A DNA stretch of 64,000 nucleotides, from IMG/VR virus record IMGVR_UViG_3300044541_000019, positions 130 through 64,129 of that record; one strand, written 5' to 3'. Below are positions 16,108 through 25,182 of this stretch, one piece after another (position 1 is the stretch's first letter; every line of letters starts with the position of its first letter). The translations under genes were made by a program, and so were the position numbers. The notes beneath the pieces were generated by a model that was given only the letters and a program-made list of their open reading frames with translations, was not told the DNA's origin and did not search any database. The DNA is from a virus. Lineage: Duplodnaviria; Caudoviricetes.

Positions 16108-16463
16108 TGGAGACCGTAGCCCCAGCAGTGTTCCTGCTTGGGATCGTCTTCGGATTCCTGCTCTACAAGTTCGAGGAACGTCCAGTACTGGTACGACTCA
16201 AGATCAGCAAGGCGTTCCAGGGAGTCACCCCGAGCCTGGACAACACAGTCGTCCAACCCGACATCGACGCGGACACCGAGGCATTCCTGGCATACATGCA
16301 CGACGACACCCAGGACGATATTAAGCTAAAGCAGTACAAACCGATCAAGGTACGCAACAGGGCGCCGCTGGCCATCACTGCCCGGCCAGCCGTCACCACC
16401 AGGTCCATGCAGCGCATCAGGCACTACATGGACAACCAGCGCGGAACCGACACTCAGTACTGA
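16104..16463 (+). CDS. membrane-anchored protein, 119 aa
   Basis: N-terminal TM segment. Confidence 0.65.
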   Translation: MMETVAPAVFLLGIVFGFLLYKFEERPVLVRLKISKAFQGVTPSLDNTVVQPDIDADTEAFLAYMHDDTQDDIKLKQYKPIKVRNRAPLAITARPAVTTRSMQRIRHYMDNQRGTDTQY

Positions 16464-16480
16464 AAGGCACACAAGAGGGA

Positions 16481-16711
16481 TTGCACATGAAGAATAAGAA
16501 CTTCCGTTCCATCGGCTTCTGCGAGGTCTGCGTCAAGCAGCTCTACGCGGACCGGAGTACGGCCAAGCAGGTGTGTCGCCTGTTCCCCGGGGAGCACAAG
16601 ACTCCCTACCGCTGTCCTGACCAACCACTGTTCTTCCACATTGGAGGACTGTCAAAGCAGGTCATCTCGGGAGAGTACGAGAGGGATGACTTCTACGAGA
16701 GAGCCTCGTAG
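16481..16711 (+). CDS. small Cys/His-rich putative Zn-binding protein
   Basis: CEVCVKQLY..R..AK and YRCP....FHIG. Confidence 0.65.
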   Translation: MHMKNKNFRSIGFCEVCVKQLYADRSTAKQVCRLFPGEHKTPYRCPDQPLFFHIGGLSKQVISGEYERDDFYERAS

Positions 16712-16723
16712 ACTGTAAACCTA

Positions 16724-16797
16724 TGCGGAGTGGGGCAGAGGTCAGCCCACCGGGCTCATAACCCGCGAGGACGCTGGTTCGAATCCAGCCTCCGCTA
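16724..16797 (+). tRNA. tRNA-Met(CAT), initiator-like
   Basis: Cloverleaf; 1:72 mismatch (T-T); three consecutive G-C pairs at the base of the anticodon stem; GGTTCGAATCC T-arm; no encoded CCA. Confidence 0.85.
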
Positions 16798-16879
16798 CTT
16801 GTTTGATCTTCCTGTTCCCCAGGAAGTGGTGGAGACGGTGGATCGACGCTAGGCTACGCAAAACGTCGACCCGCCCCAG

Positions 16880-16921
16880 ACAGAGGCCGTTACCGATTCA
16901 CTCGGTAGCGGCCTCTGTTTT
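16880..16921. terminator. terminator between convergent accessory and late operons
   Basis: ACAGAGGCCGTTACCGA-TTCAC-TCGGTAGCGGCCTCTGT-TTT. Confidence 0.85.
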
Positions 16922-17195
16922 CGTGTGGCGGTAGGTTCTCCCACGTAGGCGTCGGTACCGGGATGTCCAGCCCCCACGTCGCTCGCTCCATCAGGTTCAT
17001 CGCCCGCTTGTGCGCCCACCACTGGTCCCGGGCGGCCACCTGAAACTCCACCTGCAGGACCCCGAGGCCTTCACCCCGGACGTCGGGTGCGGAGTACCAC
17101 CAGTATTCCTCGCACGCCTGCTCCAGTTGCTCACGTACGTGGCGGTGGCCTACCTCCACGGTAGCGGTGAACACGTACCGACGGTGGCATGTCAT
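16890..17195 (-). CDS. hypothetical protein, last gene of the late operon
   Basis: ORF track. Confidence 0.6.
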   Translation of the reverse strand: MTCHRRYVFTATVEVGHRHVREQLEQACEEYWWYSAPDVRGEGLGVLQVEFQVAARDQWWAHKRAMNLMERATWGLDIPVPTPTWENLPPHENRGRYRVNR

Positions 17196-17545
17196 TTCTG
17201 ATCCGATGGCGGTGGCTGTAGCAGCATGGCCAGGGAGGTGAGCTTCTCGTGCAGCGCCTTGTTGTCGTTCATGACATCAGTCAGTCGTCCGTTGGACAGT
17301 TCCTTAACCTGGTCCACGCTCTCAGTTACTTGAGTCATGCTGCGACTGAGTTGGTTAGCTTTGGCCCAACCGAAAGCGCCAGCGATGGTGATAGCGACAG
17401 CAGCGACACCGGTCAGAATGGTGACTACGTCCTTGTCCATTGCGGCAAGGCCAATCACACTCCCAGCCAGGATTAAGGCAAGCCCCAGAATCAGGCACAC
17501 CTGCGCCCCTGTTGGATTCTTCATCTCGTCTGCCGCATAAGACAT
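17192..17545 (-). CDS. holin-like membrane protein (2 TM segments plus coiled coil)
   Basis: Two hydrophobic helices; adjacent to endolysin. Confidence 0.65.
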   Translation of the reverse strand: MSYAADEMKNPTGAQVCLILGLALILAGSVIGLAAMDKDVVTILTGVAAVAITIAGAFGWAKANQLSRSMTQVTESVDQVKELSNGRLTDVMNDNKALHEKLTSLAMLLQPPPSDQK

Positions 17546-17585
17546 GAGTGCGTCACACCCTGAGTGTGCCAGAGAAGTGGATCAG

Positions 17586-18404
17586 TCAGACAGATGGATT
17601 GGCGACTGCTTCGCCAGTTGTACCAACGAGAGTGACAGTGCCGTCGATGCTGTGCTTGTGAGGCACCAGAGTTGTCGGCCCTGGATCACCTTTTGGCCCC
17701 TTGAGGGTAGCAACGTCCGGTCCGAAGCACTGGTTGATTCGATCCACTGGCCACGAACTGAGGTCGCCATACAACACCCCACCGTGGGCGTAGATATCAG
17801 TGAGGGCCGAGCCATTCGGAATGACTCTGCGTACACCACCACCGGACACCCACATGCCACCCAGAGCGTTGTGAATGAATACTGCTGACACGTCAGTTGC
17901 CCCTTTCCATTGGGCGGTCGTTTCTCCGCGCAGCACGGACAGTACCGCCGCGAAAGCCTTGGGGTCGGTGACCACGGCCCGACTGAAGCTGAAGTGGATG
18001 TGCCACAAGTGCGACGAGTCCGAGGTAGCAGGCCGCCCGTATCTCGTGTCCCAGCCCTCAACCTGAGTGTCACTGTCGGCCTGACCGTAGAACTCCCGCA
18101 TGTAGTTCAGGCGAGGATCCTGCTGATCCTTGGCCGAGGCCAGTAGCAGACTGGTGTACTTGGCAATGGTGGCGTAGCGCGCACTCTGGGCGTCCGGGAA
18201 AGTCCAGTCGCAGGCCGCGCACATGTCACTGGGACCCAGCTTGTCTACTGCGTCCACGACGGAGTAGTTGGTAGACAGGTTGCCGGCGCGGGTGTTGTGA
18301 TATCCCGGCTTATTGGCATATGTGCCCCCATTTTGGGAGCCAGGAGACAGCGCGAGTAGCGAGTTGACGAAGTTCGTCATCGCCGGGGTAGTAGCGTACG
18401 CCAT
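17586..18404 (-). CDS. endolysin, Zn-peptidase (M15/LAS-like) type
   Basis: GYHN...ACDW...HLWHIHFS metal-binding pattern; position next to holin. Confidence 0.7.
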   Translation of the reverse strand: MAYATTPAMTNFVNSLLALSPGSQNGGTYANKPGYHNTRAGNLSTNYSVVDAVDKLGPSDMCAACDWTFPDAQSARYATIAKYTSLLLASAKDQQDPRLNYMREFYGQADSDTQVEGWDTRYGRPATSDSSHLWHIHFSFSRAVVTDPKAFAAVLSVLRGETTAQWKGATDVSAVFIHNALGGMWVSGGGVRRVIPNGSALTDIYAHGGVLYGDLSSWPVDRINQCFGPDVATLKGPKGDPGPTTLVPHKHSIDGTVTLVGTTGEAVANPSV

Positions 18405-18418
18405 AAGGGCAGTATGCC

Positions 18419-19105
18419 CTAGGCTGCGTCACCTTGACCCGGTAGACCTGAGCTGTTCTGTCCAGCCTGCCAGTACATCCAGGTGCGCTCAGCCAAGTGC
18501 ACCATCTTCAAGCCTCGCTCACACGCCAGCTTGGATACGCCAGTGATGAATGCCCAGTCCTCGTTACTGAATGGTCCAGTCTCTGAGGCGGGGAACCCCA
18601 CCTCCCGGGCAATGTCTGTGCGCACCAGGACGTTCATCGTAGTGTGATGCGGGGTGCAAGGATTGAAGGGTAACCCGAAATGACCGAGGGGATCGGGGCC
18701 ATGGAACCAGCTGAACACAAACACAGCCTCTGTCTCGACTGCTACACGACGCAGCTTAGCCAGGTGTTCGGGCAACCACTCGTCATCGCTGTCGAGCCAT
18801 GCGATCCACTCTGTGTCCACATTGCGGAGAAGGGTCTGGCGTGTCCAGCCGGCTCCCCGGCGTTCACTATCATTGACGACGGCGATCGCCTCTGGTGGCT
18901 CAGTCTGTGCAACCACGGAGGCCAGTGCTCGTGCCAGGAGGCCCCCACTGAAACGAGCTGGATGCGCAGCCACCGCTACGGTTACCCCGGGCCGTAGCGG
19001 GCGCATGGTCAACCCCTTCTTGATCTTCCAGTTCCTGAAAGCGGCGACGACGTCTTGTAGAGATTCGTCTTCCTCGTAGAAGTCAGTGCTGGGCTCCATG
19101 CTCAT
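18419..19105 (-). CDS. glycosyltransferase family 2
   Basis: GAGWTRQTLL...WIAWLDSDD (DxD motif). Confidence 0.85.
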   Translation of the reverse strand: MSMEPSTDFYEEDESLQDVVAAFRNWKIKKGLTMRPLRPGVTVAVAAHPARFSGGLLARALASVVAQTEPPEAIAVVNDSERRGAGWTRQTLLRNVDTEWIAWLDSDDEWLPEHLAKLRRVAVETEAVFVFSWFHGPDPLGHFGLPFNPCTPHHTTMNVLVRTDIAREVGFPASETGPFSNEDWAFITGVSKLACERGLKMVHLAERTWMYWQAGQNSSGLPGQGDAA

Positions 19106-19754
19106 AGAGATACCACCACTGGAACCAGGGCAGATTCATGTTCCAGCGCAGCTCCGGGTGCTGTCCGAATAGCACCGGAAGGGACAGTTGATCCTGGTGT
19201 GACCAGATCAAGTTCTCGTGCCACCACTGTTCTCCGATCTCGATTACGGTGGGTGTATGACGTCTAACGTTTGCGCCTGTTGCGACGAGGCCAGTCCCCG
19301 CACTGTGGCCTATGGACCGGTAATGGGCTGCCTGCTTGAGGATGGATTCAGCGTGGTAGCGCCATGTGAGTGTGGCGGAGAAATCTGCTTCTGGGTAGAT
19401 ACAGGTTCTGGCTGGGTGGGGCACACAGGACCACTCGTCATCATTGAGAGCTTCGAGACACCGGGCGACATAGTCGTTGATCACTATTTGCATGGACCCG
19501 TCAATCCACATAGTGACATCAGCATCGGGTACGGCCAGGTGCGGGTGACACTTCCAGAACTTGTGGGCGAGCATTGGCGCGGTGATGGTGGGTGACCCAT
19601 TCAATGTCGCGATGCCGTGGTTGACCACCCTGACTTCCCAGCCGGGGGCGTCGCGAGGACGGTCTGAATACAGGATGGCCGGCACCCCGAGATCAGGTAC
19701 CGGCTTCACCCAGTCGTACTCGCCATAGATGGCAGTATATATGGCGAGTTTCAC
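19083..19754 (-). CDS. glycosyltransferase (DUF616/TOD1-MUCI70-like, GT-A fold)
   Basis: IYTAIYGEYD, WIDGS, HP.R.CIY.EA, DQLSLP. Confidence 0.8.
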   Translation of the reverse strand: MKLAIYTAIYGEYDWVKPVPDLGVPAILYSDRPRDAPGWEVRVVNHGIATLNGSPTITAPMLAHKFWKCHPHLAVPDADVTMWIDGSMQIVINDYVARCLEALNDDEWSCVPHPARTCIYPEADFSATLTWRYHAESILKQAAHYRSIGHSAGTGLVATGANVRRHTPTVIEIGEQWWHENLIWSHQDQLSLPVLFGQHPELRWNMNLPWFQWWYLYEHGAQH

Positions 19755-19757
19755 GGT

Positions 19758-19976
19758 CTAGTAGGACCCAGGGTCTAGGCCGTCGACCAGCTTACGAGCG
19801 GCCTCCCGGGCATCTGCCGCGCTAGCGAAGACGCCGTTGAGCTGAGTCTGTGCGGTTCCATCATTCGTGTCCAGCCATAGCGCCCAGCTGCTTGCCGAAC
19901 CGTCAGGATAGATGGCTCGGTACGCGCCCAGGCGGTAATAGTCACCAGATGCACCCTTGACCCAAACATCGGACAT
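19758..19976 (-). CDS. hypothetical protein, 72 aa
   Basis: GAGGAG RBS; in operon. Confidence 0.65.
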   Translation of the reverse strand: MSDVWVKGASGDYYRLGAYRAIYPDGSASSWALWLDTNDGTAQTQLNGVFASAADAREAARKLVDGLDPGSY

Positions 19977-19988
19977 GATTAATCTCCT

Positions 19989-20558
19989 CTACCAAACAGG
20001 CTTGCCAGAAGTGTTACCGGAGTCGTGATCCCAGAACCAGGTACGGACCGGGAGGTGCGAGATGGTCCCACCTAGTTCCAGGACCCGGCAAGTGAAAGTG
20101 TAGTCCTCGCCCCACCGCTGACCGTCCACTGTGGCTGATTCATCAATCTCATGATCAAAACGTGCTTCTAGCGCCAGCTCTGTACGTACCAGAGTTGTGA
20201 TGGTGGTCTGTACTGGATGTTCTGGGTCGAACGGTCTCTGGAATACCCCAGGGAATGGATCAGTTCCACCGATCACCGTGAACCACGAGTACACATAGTC
20301 GGCTCCGGTGTCCATGGCATGAGCCATGAGGAGCTTTAGATGGTCCTCCGCGAAGAAGTCATCGTCATCAAGGAAGGCGACCCAGTCTGTCTTGACCATC
20401 TCCAAGGCGCGTTGCCGCGTGGGTCCGGCCCCCTGTCGACCTACATCCATCGCTACGGCCACCGCCTCGGCGGGCAGTGTCTGCAGGGATACAGAGGCAA
20501 TCGCCCGAGACAGATACAGCTCACGGGGGGGAATGTGCGGTATAGCGACAGTGATCAT
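19989..20558 (-). CDS. glycosyltransferase family 2
   Basis: ITVAIPHIP, GAGPTRQRAL, VAFLDDDD, GEDY. Confidence 0.85.
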   Translation of the reverse strand: MITVAIPHIPPRELYLSRAIASVSLQTLPAEAVAVAMDVGRQGAGPTRQRALEMVKTDWVAFLDDDDFFAEDHLKLLMAHAMDTGADYVYSWFTVIGGTDPFPGVFQRPFDPEHPVQTTITTLVRTELALEARFDHEIDESATVDGQRWGEDYTFTCRVLELGGTISHLPVRTWFWDHDSGNTSGKPVW

Positions 20559-21475
20559 AAAGTTCGTGTGGTTTCTGGAGCACACCAGCCACCATCGGGC
20601 GGCTTCACGTACTCCTTCTCTATCAAGATCGGCATGTGGGTATCCGAAGCAGGAGTCGGCTTATACGACTGAATCGTAGGAAGCAGGTCAGCCCAGTTGA
20701 ACATGGGACGGAACTTGATCTTCCCCCAGCCTTCTCCTTGAGCCACGATCTGTGACTCTGGTTCCTCGCCATAACGCATAGGCAGCATCAGAATGCCAGC
20801 CTGCTCATTGTGAGTGACAGTGTTGACGTACTGCGCCAGCTGTATCACCTCAATGGCCTGACCCGTGCCGGCATCAAAAACCTGATCGCCACCCCAAGCA
20901 GTGGCGAGGACCAGCATCTTGCCCACGTCCTCCGCGCGTACCAGGTCCACTGTCTGTTTCCCGTTGCCCCACATCGGCAGCGGCTTGCCCTGCCAGGCCA
21001 GCGTGGACCAGGTAGGGATCAGCTTCTGAGGGTGCCCTGGTCCGTACTTCTGACCGGGTCCGTAGGCGTTGAAGGCGCGGACGTGGGAGACGGGTACACC
21101 AAAGTTGCGGTGCCAGGCTGTAGCGAGGCGCTGGGAGCATAGCTTGGTGGCCTGGTACACGTTGGCCCAGCTGCTGTCCGGCATGGTGATGCCGACGTAG
21201 CGGGCGTCGTTGTTCCGGCACCACTCCAGGACCCTGATGGTGCCAACGATGTTGGCCTGTACTGCTTCCTCGGCAGTGTCGAACAGCTCAGCTGTGCCGA
21301 GCATCCCAGCCATGTGGATGACGCACTCCGCACCCTTCAGTCCGTCCAGGTCTCCGAGGACATCGTTGCCGTCGTTGCGATCGAAACGCCACGCGGTGTG
21401 TTCCTGCTCCTCCGCGTACGCGATGGTGGCGGCTCCCAGGAAGCCACCACCACCCGTTACAGCGATCTTGGTCAT
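20555..21475 (-). CDS. NAD-dependent nucleotide-sugar epimerase/dehydratase
   Basis: TGGGGFLG Rossmann motif; YQATK; RAFNAYGPGQ. Confidence 0.9.
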   Translation of the reverse strand: MTKIAVTGGGGFLGAATIAYAEEQEHTAWRFDRNDGNDVLGDLDGLKGAECVIHMAGMLGTAELFDTAEEAVQANIVGTIRVLEWCRNNDARYVGITMPDSSWANVYQATKLCSQRLATAWHRNFGVPVSHVRAFNAYGPGQKYGPGHPQKLIPTWSTLAWQGKPLPMWGNGKQTVDLVRAEDVGKMLVLATAWGGDQVFDAGTGQAIEVIQLAQYVNTVTHNEQAGILMLPMRYGEEPESQIVAQGEGWGKIKFRPMFNWADLLPTIQSYKPTPASDTHMPILIEKEYVKPPDGGWCAPETTRTL

Positions 21476-21747
21476 AGATTGAATTCCCCATCCAGGGCGC
21501 CGAGAATGAAGGCGTCCCACTCGGCCTGCGTGTAGGTCAGTACGGTACCGGGATCGTTGCTGTTACGTACATGCCAGAACTCACCGTTGAACGCCACCTC
21601 CACACAGGAGCCCGTGTCGCAGGCCGGCGCTGGGATAGGCGTGATGAGTGTTTCGGTGTCTACTTCCACGCAACTGCCGGCGTCGCAGCTTACGTCCACC
21701 TCGACACAGGACCCGTCGGAACAGTGGGAACTCTTGGTCCATTTCAC
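21472..21747 (-). CDS. DUF397-like protein with triplicated CxxGSCVEV motif
   Basis: WTKSS..C..GSCVEV x3, VRNS.DP...L.Y...EW.AF; start trimmed to GTG 21747. Confidence 0.75.
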   Translation of the reverse strand: MKWTKSSHCSDGSCVEVDVSCDAGSCVEVDTETLITPIPAPACDTGSCVEVAFNGEFWHVRNSNDPGTVLTYTQAEWDAFILGALDGEFNL

Positions 21748-22394
21748 AGCATGAATCCTCTCAGCTCTTCGAGTGCCATATCTGGATCCCAAGCGTAGAC
21801 GCGGTTGATCACGTTGTCGGGCACCACATCAAGGTTCATGTACTCGTCTTCGGCGACGTGCCGCAGTTCGACGTTACCGATCGACTTCTTGCCGCCGAAT
21901 CCCAGCACCATCAAGGTGCCAGTGGGCTGGGTATTGACCTCGATGATCGTCAGCTCATCCCGGTAACGCAGCAGTACCTGAGTCACCTTCCACACATCCC
22001 CGGTCCAGTCGCCGGGGCACATGGTCCGGCTGGCTTCCTCCTGGTTACGTGGCAGGACGTCATCGAAGATGATCACAGACTTAGGGGTCGCGTACTTCTC
22101 AATGTTCAGGAAGTCTCGCAAGGCCTGCTCGAAATGGTGCAGTCCGTCGATGAACCCTAGATCTATATGACCGATCGGCGGGTACGGGTTCAGGAAGTAC
22201 TCATCAGACGGCATCGTGTAGAGCAGCTGGTTGCCGGTGGCCTGAGTGAGTGGCAACGGGTCCACGCCTACGGCTACTTCAGCAGCGTGCGCCAGCTTGA
22301 GGCTGGTTCCGTGTCGGACGCCCACCTCCAGGTACGTTTTCGGCTTCACAATCTCGTGTACTTGGCTCAGGAACTCGTGGAGGTGCATTACCAA
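21744..22394 (-). CDS. class I SAM-dependent methyltransferase (Methyltransf_24-like)
   Basis: YLEVGVRHGTSL, FIDGLHHFE, IIFDDVLP, WTGDVWK. Confidence 0.9.
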   Translation of the reverse strand: MVMHLHEFLSQVHEIVKPKTYLEVGVRHGTSLKLAHAAEVAVGVDPLPLTQATGNQLLYTMPSDEYFLNPYPPIGHIDLGFIDGLHHFEQALRDFLNIEKYATPKSVIIFDDVLPRNQEEASRTMCPGDWTGDVWKVTQVLLRYRDELTIIEVNTQPTGTLMVLGFGGKKSIGNVELRHVAEDEYMNLDVVPDNVINRVYAWDPDMALEELRGFML

Positions 22395-23032
22395 GGCCTG
22401 CTTTCGTAGATGCTGACGAATACTTCTGCGTCGTGAGCGATGATTTCCTGGATCTCGGAAGTCACCTGGCCGTTCGGGTGCAGATGGTCCACGGGATAGC
22501 CCTTGACCATCGTCATTCCGCCGAGCTTACGTGACTCCCAATCGATGTAATCGTCAGTGAAGTACCAGCGCAAATCCTCGTTAGCCCGGAGTCCGAACTG
22601 TCCAGCCACGATGAAGGCGAACCCCTGCATCCTCATATCCAGCGGTACCGGTGACGGTGAGTCCCAGGTGATGTTGTGCCCCCCCGAGCACCCTGCCGCC
22701 GAGCCACGGTAAGACATCATGTCGCTGACTTCCTTGAACCAGCCGTAGGGAACGATGGCGTCATCATTGAGGATCGCTACATCCCAGGTCTCAGCCGTCG
22801 CTTCCTCAGCCAGTCCCTCGGCATAGTTCAGGCCGATGTTCCACCACCGGGAGATGTTGATGCGCCCACTGACTCCGAGGACACGTATCTTCGGGTGATT
22901 CATGTAGATGTGCGGAGACTTGATCGAGGTGTCCACCACGATGACCTGATCTACCTGTTCCTCGATGGCCTCGACACATTGGTATAGGCACTCACGGCCG
23001 TTGCTCGGAATCACGGCGTAGCGCTTGTACAT
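22388..23032 (-). CDS. glycosyltransferase family 2-like
   Basis: AVIPS, NISRWWNIGL, ILNDD, YFTDD. Confidence 0.8.
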   Translation of the reverse strand: MYKRYAVIPSNGRECLYQCVEAIEEQVDQVIVVDTSIKSPHIYMNHPKIRVLGVSGRINISRWWNIGLNYAEGLAEEATAETWDVAILNDDAIVPYGWFKEVSDMMSYRGSAAGCSGGHNITWDSPSPVPLDMRMQGFAFIVAGQFGLRANEDLRWYFTDDYIDWESRKLGGMTMVKGYPVDHLHPNGQVTSEIQEIIAHDAEVFVSIYESRPW

Positions 23033-23189
23033 GACCCTCCACTTCCTTCTCCATCATGTAGTTGAGCGCTGCAGCCAACCCTGCCCGGCGCCGGGCACCA
23101 GGGATGTCGGATTTGTCAGAGAGCCAGCCCTGGTTGAAGGCTTCGATAGTCGCCTCATCGAAGTCCTCGGGGCTGAAGTATTCGGTCAT
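22992..23189 (-). CDS. hypothetical protein, 65 aa
   Basis: ORF track. Confidence 0.55.
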   Translation of the reverse strand: MTEYFSPEDFDEATIEAFNQGWLSDKSDIPGARRRAGLAAALNYMMEKEVEGHVQALRRDSEQRP

Positions 23190-23410
23190 CAGAACGGCGG
23201 CCTTCCGTAGTGTTTACGTCCACAGGTGGAACAGCGAGCCGGGACGGCTGACGTGTCCTCTTCCAGGCCCCACTGGTTCAACCGTCCAGTGGGCTGTACC
23301 GAGTACACAGTGGCGCCACAGTCGACGCAGGAGTCCTCCATAAAGGGACCGTGGATGGTCTCCCGGAACCGGTAGCCATCAGCGAAGGTGTGCCAGTCCC
23401 CAGCGGTCAT
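23189..23410 (-). CDS. Zn-ribbon-like protein (CVDC...CSTC)
   Basis: Start trimmed to MTAGDW. Confidence 0.55.
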   Translation of the reverse strand: MTAGDWHTFADGYRFRETIHGPFMEDSCVDCGATVYSVQPTGRLNQWGLEEDTSAVPARCSTCGRKHYGRPPF

Positions 23411-23550
23411 GGACGCTTCGCCAGCCTGGCACCCAGGAAGAACAACAGGCTCAAGGATCCGAGAACCACGATGAACAGTAGAGCGAGCCCCCACCAGGGC
23501 CACTGGTTCATGGGAGTCTCCACCAACCAGTACCGCATCCACTCACTCAT
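23407..23550 (-). CDS. small membrane protein, 47 aa
   Basis: One TM segment; coupled to GT stop. Confidence 0.55.
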   Translation of the reverse strand: MSEWMRYWLVETPMNQWPWWGLALLFIVVLGSLSLLFFLGARLAKRP

Positions 23551-24638
23551 CCGCGCTCGATCTTCAAGGCCTGTTCCCAGGCCTCGCGCCACCTCCAGGC
23601 GTTGGCCTGGATTGTCTGATCTGCCATGTATTGCCTCCCCATGTCAGCCTGCTCCTTGCGGAGCACGTCATCGGTGAGCAGGAGTTTCAGCTGGGCGTAC
23701 CACTCCTTCGGAGTGGCGGCCAAGAGGCCACATCCTGACTCACGCTGGAGCTTACGGTACTCCTCCCGTGGTGAAGCAACCCAGGGGATTCCTACGGCCA
23801 TATGTTCGATGCCCTTGAGCCTGGACTTGCCCTGGTTGAAGGCTGTCGCATCCAGGGGGATCATGCCCACGCTGTACGTCTCCGCGATCGTCCTGATCCA
23901 GTCATTCAAGGACGTGGCGCCCGTGTACTGGACCTCTTGCTTCAGACGTAGGTTCAGTCCCACCTTGCTCGGCCCCCCCACCACTCGGAATGGGTAGTCC
24001 TCATCGATGAGCTGCTGGACCGCCTTCCCAGCCATCTGCAGGTCGGTGGGGTGAGACACGGTGGTCCCAGCCCACCCGAAGCCGTCCTCGGCTGTCTCCT
24101 GGTAGTCGAGTACGGCTTGGGGGACGTAGTTGTCGATGGCCACACCGCGACCGTGCTTCGCGTACACCTTCTGTAGGGCGGTGGTGCTGGTGGTGACCAG
24201 GGTGGCTCGCTTGCAGCACTCCATCGCCCACTTCCAGGACAGGGGTGTGTTCTTGTTGCTGTGACGATAGGCGTGGTACGCGACATTGCCAGGATGGATG
24301 GACGACATGTCATCGTCCATGTCGATGACAACGGCGACCTTGTTCTGACGGAGAATGTCGATCATCTGAGCCTGGAGTGGGTGCGCCGGCCGCTGCACTA
24401 CCAGAACGTCAGCGTCAGCTGGGACCTGGATAGCTGTGACCCGCTGGGTGCCATCCGGGAGGTCCTCAGTCTTACAAGCGATGCCTGACTCCTTGCTGGG
24501 TGGCATGACCGTCACGTCCAAGCCCTGTTCCAGGAGAGCCTCAGCGGGCCAGATCAACCGGTAATGTCCGCACCCATACAGATCGGCCGGCAGTACATAT
24601 ACCTTCACGCGGTCACGGACCTGCGAAGAAACTGACAC
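23547..24638 (-). CDS. GT-B (family 4-like) glycosyltransferase
   Basis: GCGHYRLIWP, VIDMDDD, FN.GKS.LK.IE.MA.GIP.VASP. Confidence 0.9.
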   Translation of the reverse strand: MSVSSQVRDRVKVYVLPADLYGCGHYRLIWPAEALLEQGLDVTVMPPSKESGIACKTEDLPDGTQRVTAIQVPADADVLVVQRPAHPLQAQMIDILRQNKVAVVIDMDDDMSSIHPGNVAYHAYRHSNKNTPLSWKWAMECCKRATLVTTSTTALQKVYAKHGRGVAIDNYVPQAVLDYQETAEDGFGWAGTTVSHPTDLQMAGKAVQQLIDEDYPFRVVGGPSKVGLNLRLKQEVQYTGATSLNDWIRTIAETYSVGMIPLDATAFNQGKSRLKGIEHMAVGIPWVASPREEYRKLQRESGCGLLAATPKEWYAQLKLLLTDDVLRKEQADMGRQYMADQTIQANAWRWREAWEQALKIERG

Positions 24639-25182
24639 TGATGCTCACGAAAGCATTCGTCCCACCAACAGCCCAGTTGACATTCCCGTCTCCGTTAACG
24701 TCTAGGCGACTCCACACGTTATTTGCGACGGTTGCGAAGATTATGTTCTTCGCTGGTCGATAACCGACCGGCAAGACAAAGATATTGCCAGACGTCCCGT
24801 TCTTGACCAGTCCTTGAATCGTCACCATTCCATCAGCCATCTTGCGATAACGCGCGCCTTGCCAAACCGTCGTATCATAGTCAACCCACCCGTTTATGAA
24901 TGTTGGCGTATGCCAGGGATCGACCTTCGTGACACCGATGATGAAGTTCCCTGATGGAGGTACGGTTAGGCCCATGACCCGGTCGCCCGAGGTCTTTGCA
25001 TCACCAGTCAGGTTCACTGCATTGATAGGCTCGGTGTCACCGTCGTACAGAATGGACACCCCGTCAGCAGCAATACTGCCTGGGCGCAGTGTCCATGTGA
25101 GACCAAGAGACTTGGCTCTATCTACAATGGATTGTGCGCCAATGCCTACAAGGGCGGGAGCCTGATCCGGGTCACTGGTCAT
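24613..25182 (-). CDS. minor tail protein
   Basis: C-terminal NGW...YRK..GMV.IQG.VK.G...IF.LP.GYRP domain. Confidence 0.75.
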   Translation of the reverse strand: MTSDPDQAPALVGIGAQSIVDRAKSLGLTWTLRPGSIAADGVSILYDGDTEPINAVNLTGDAKTSGDRVMGLTVPPSGNFIIGVTKVDPWHTPTFINGWVDYDTTVWQGARYRKMADGMVTIQGLVKNGTSGNIFVLPVGYRPAKNIIFATVANNVWSRLDVNGDGNVNWAVGGTNAFVSISVSFFAGP

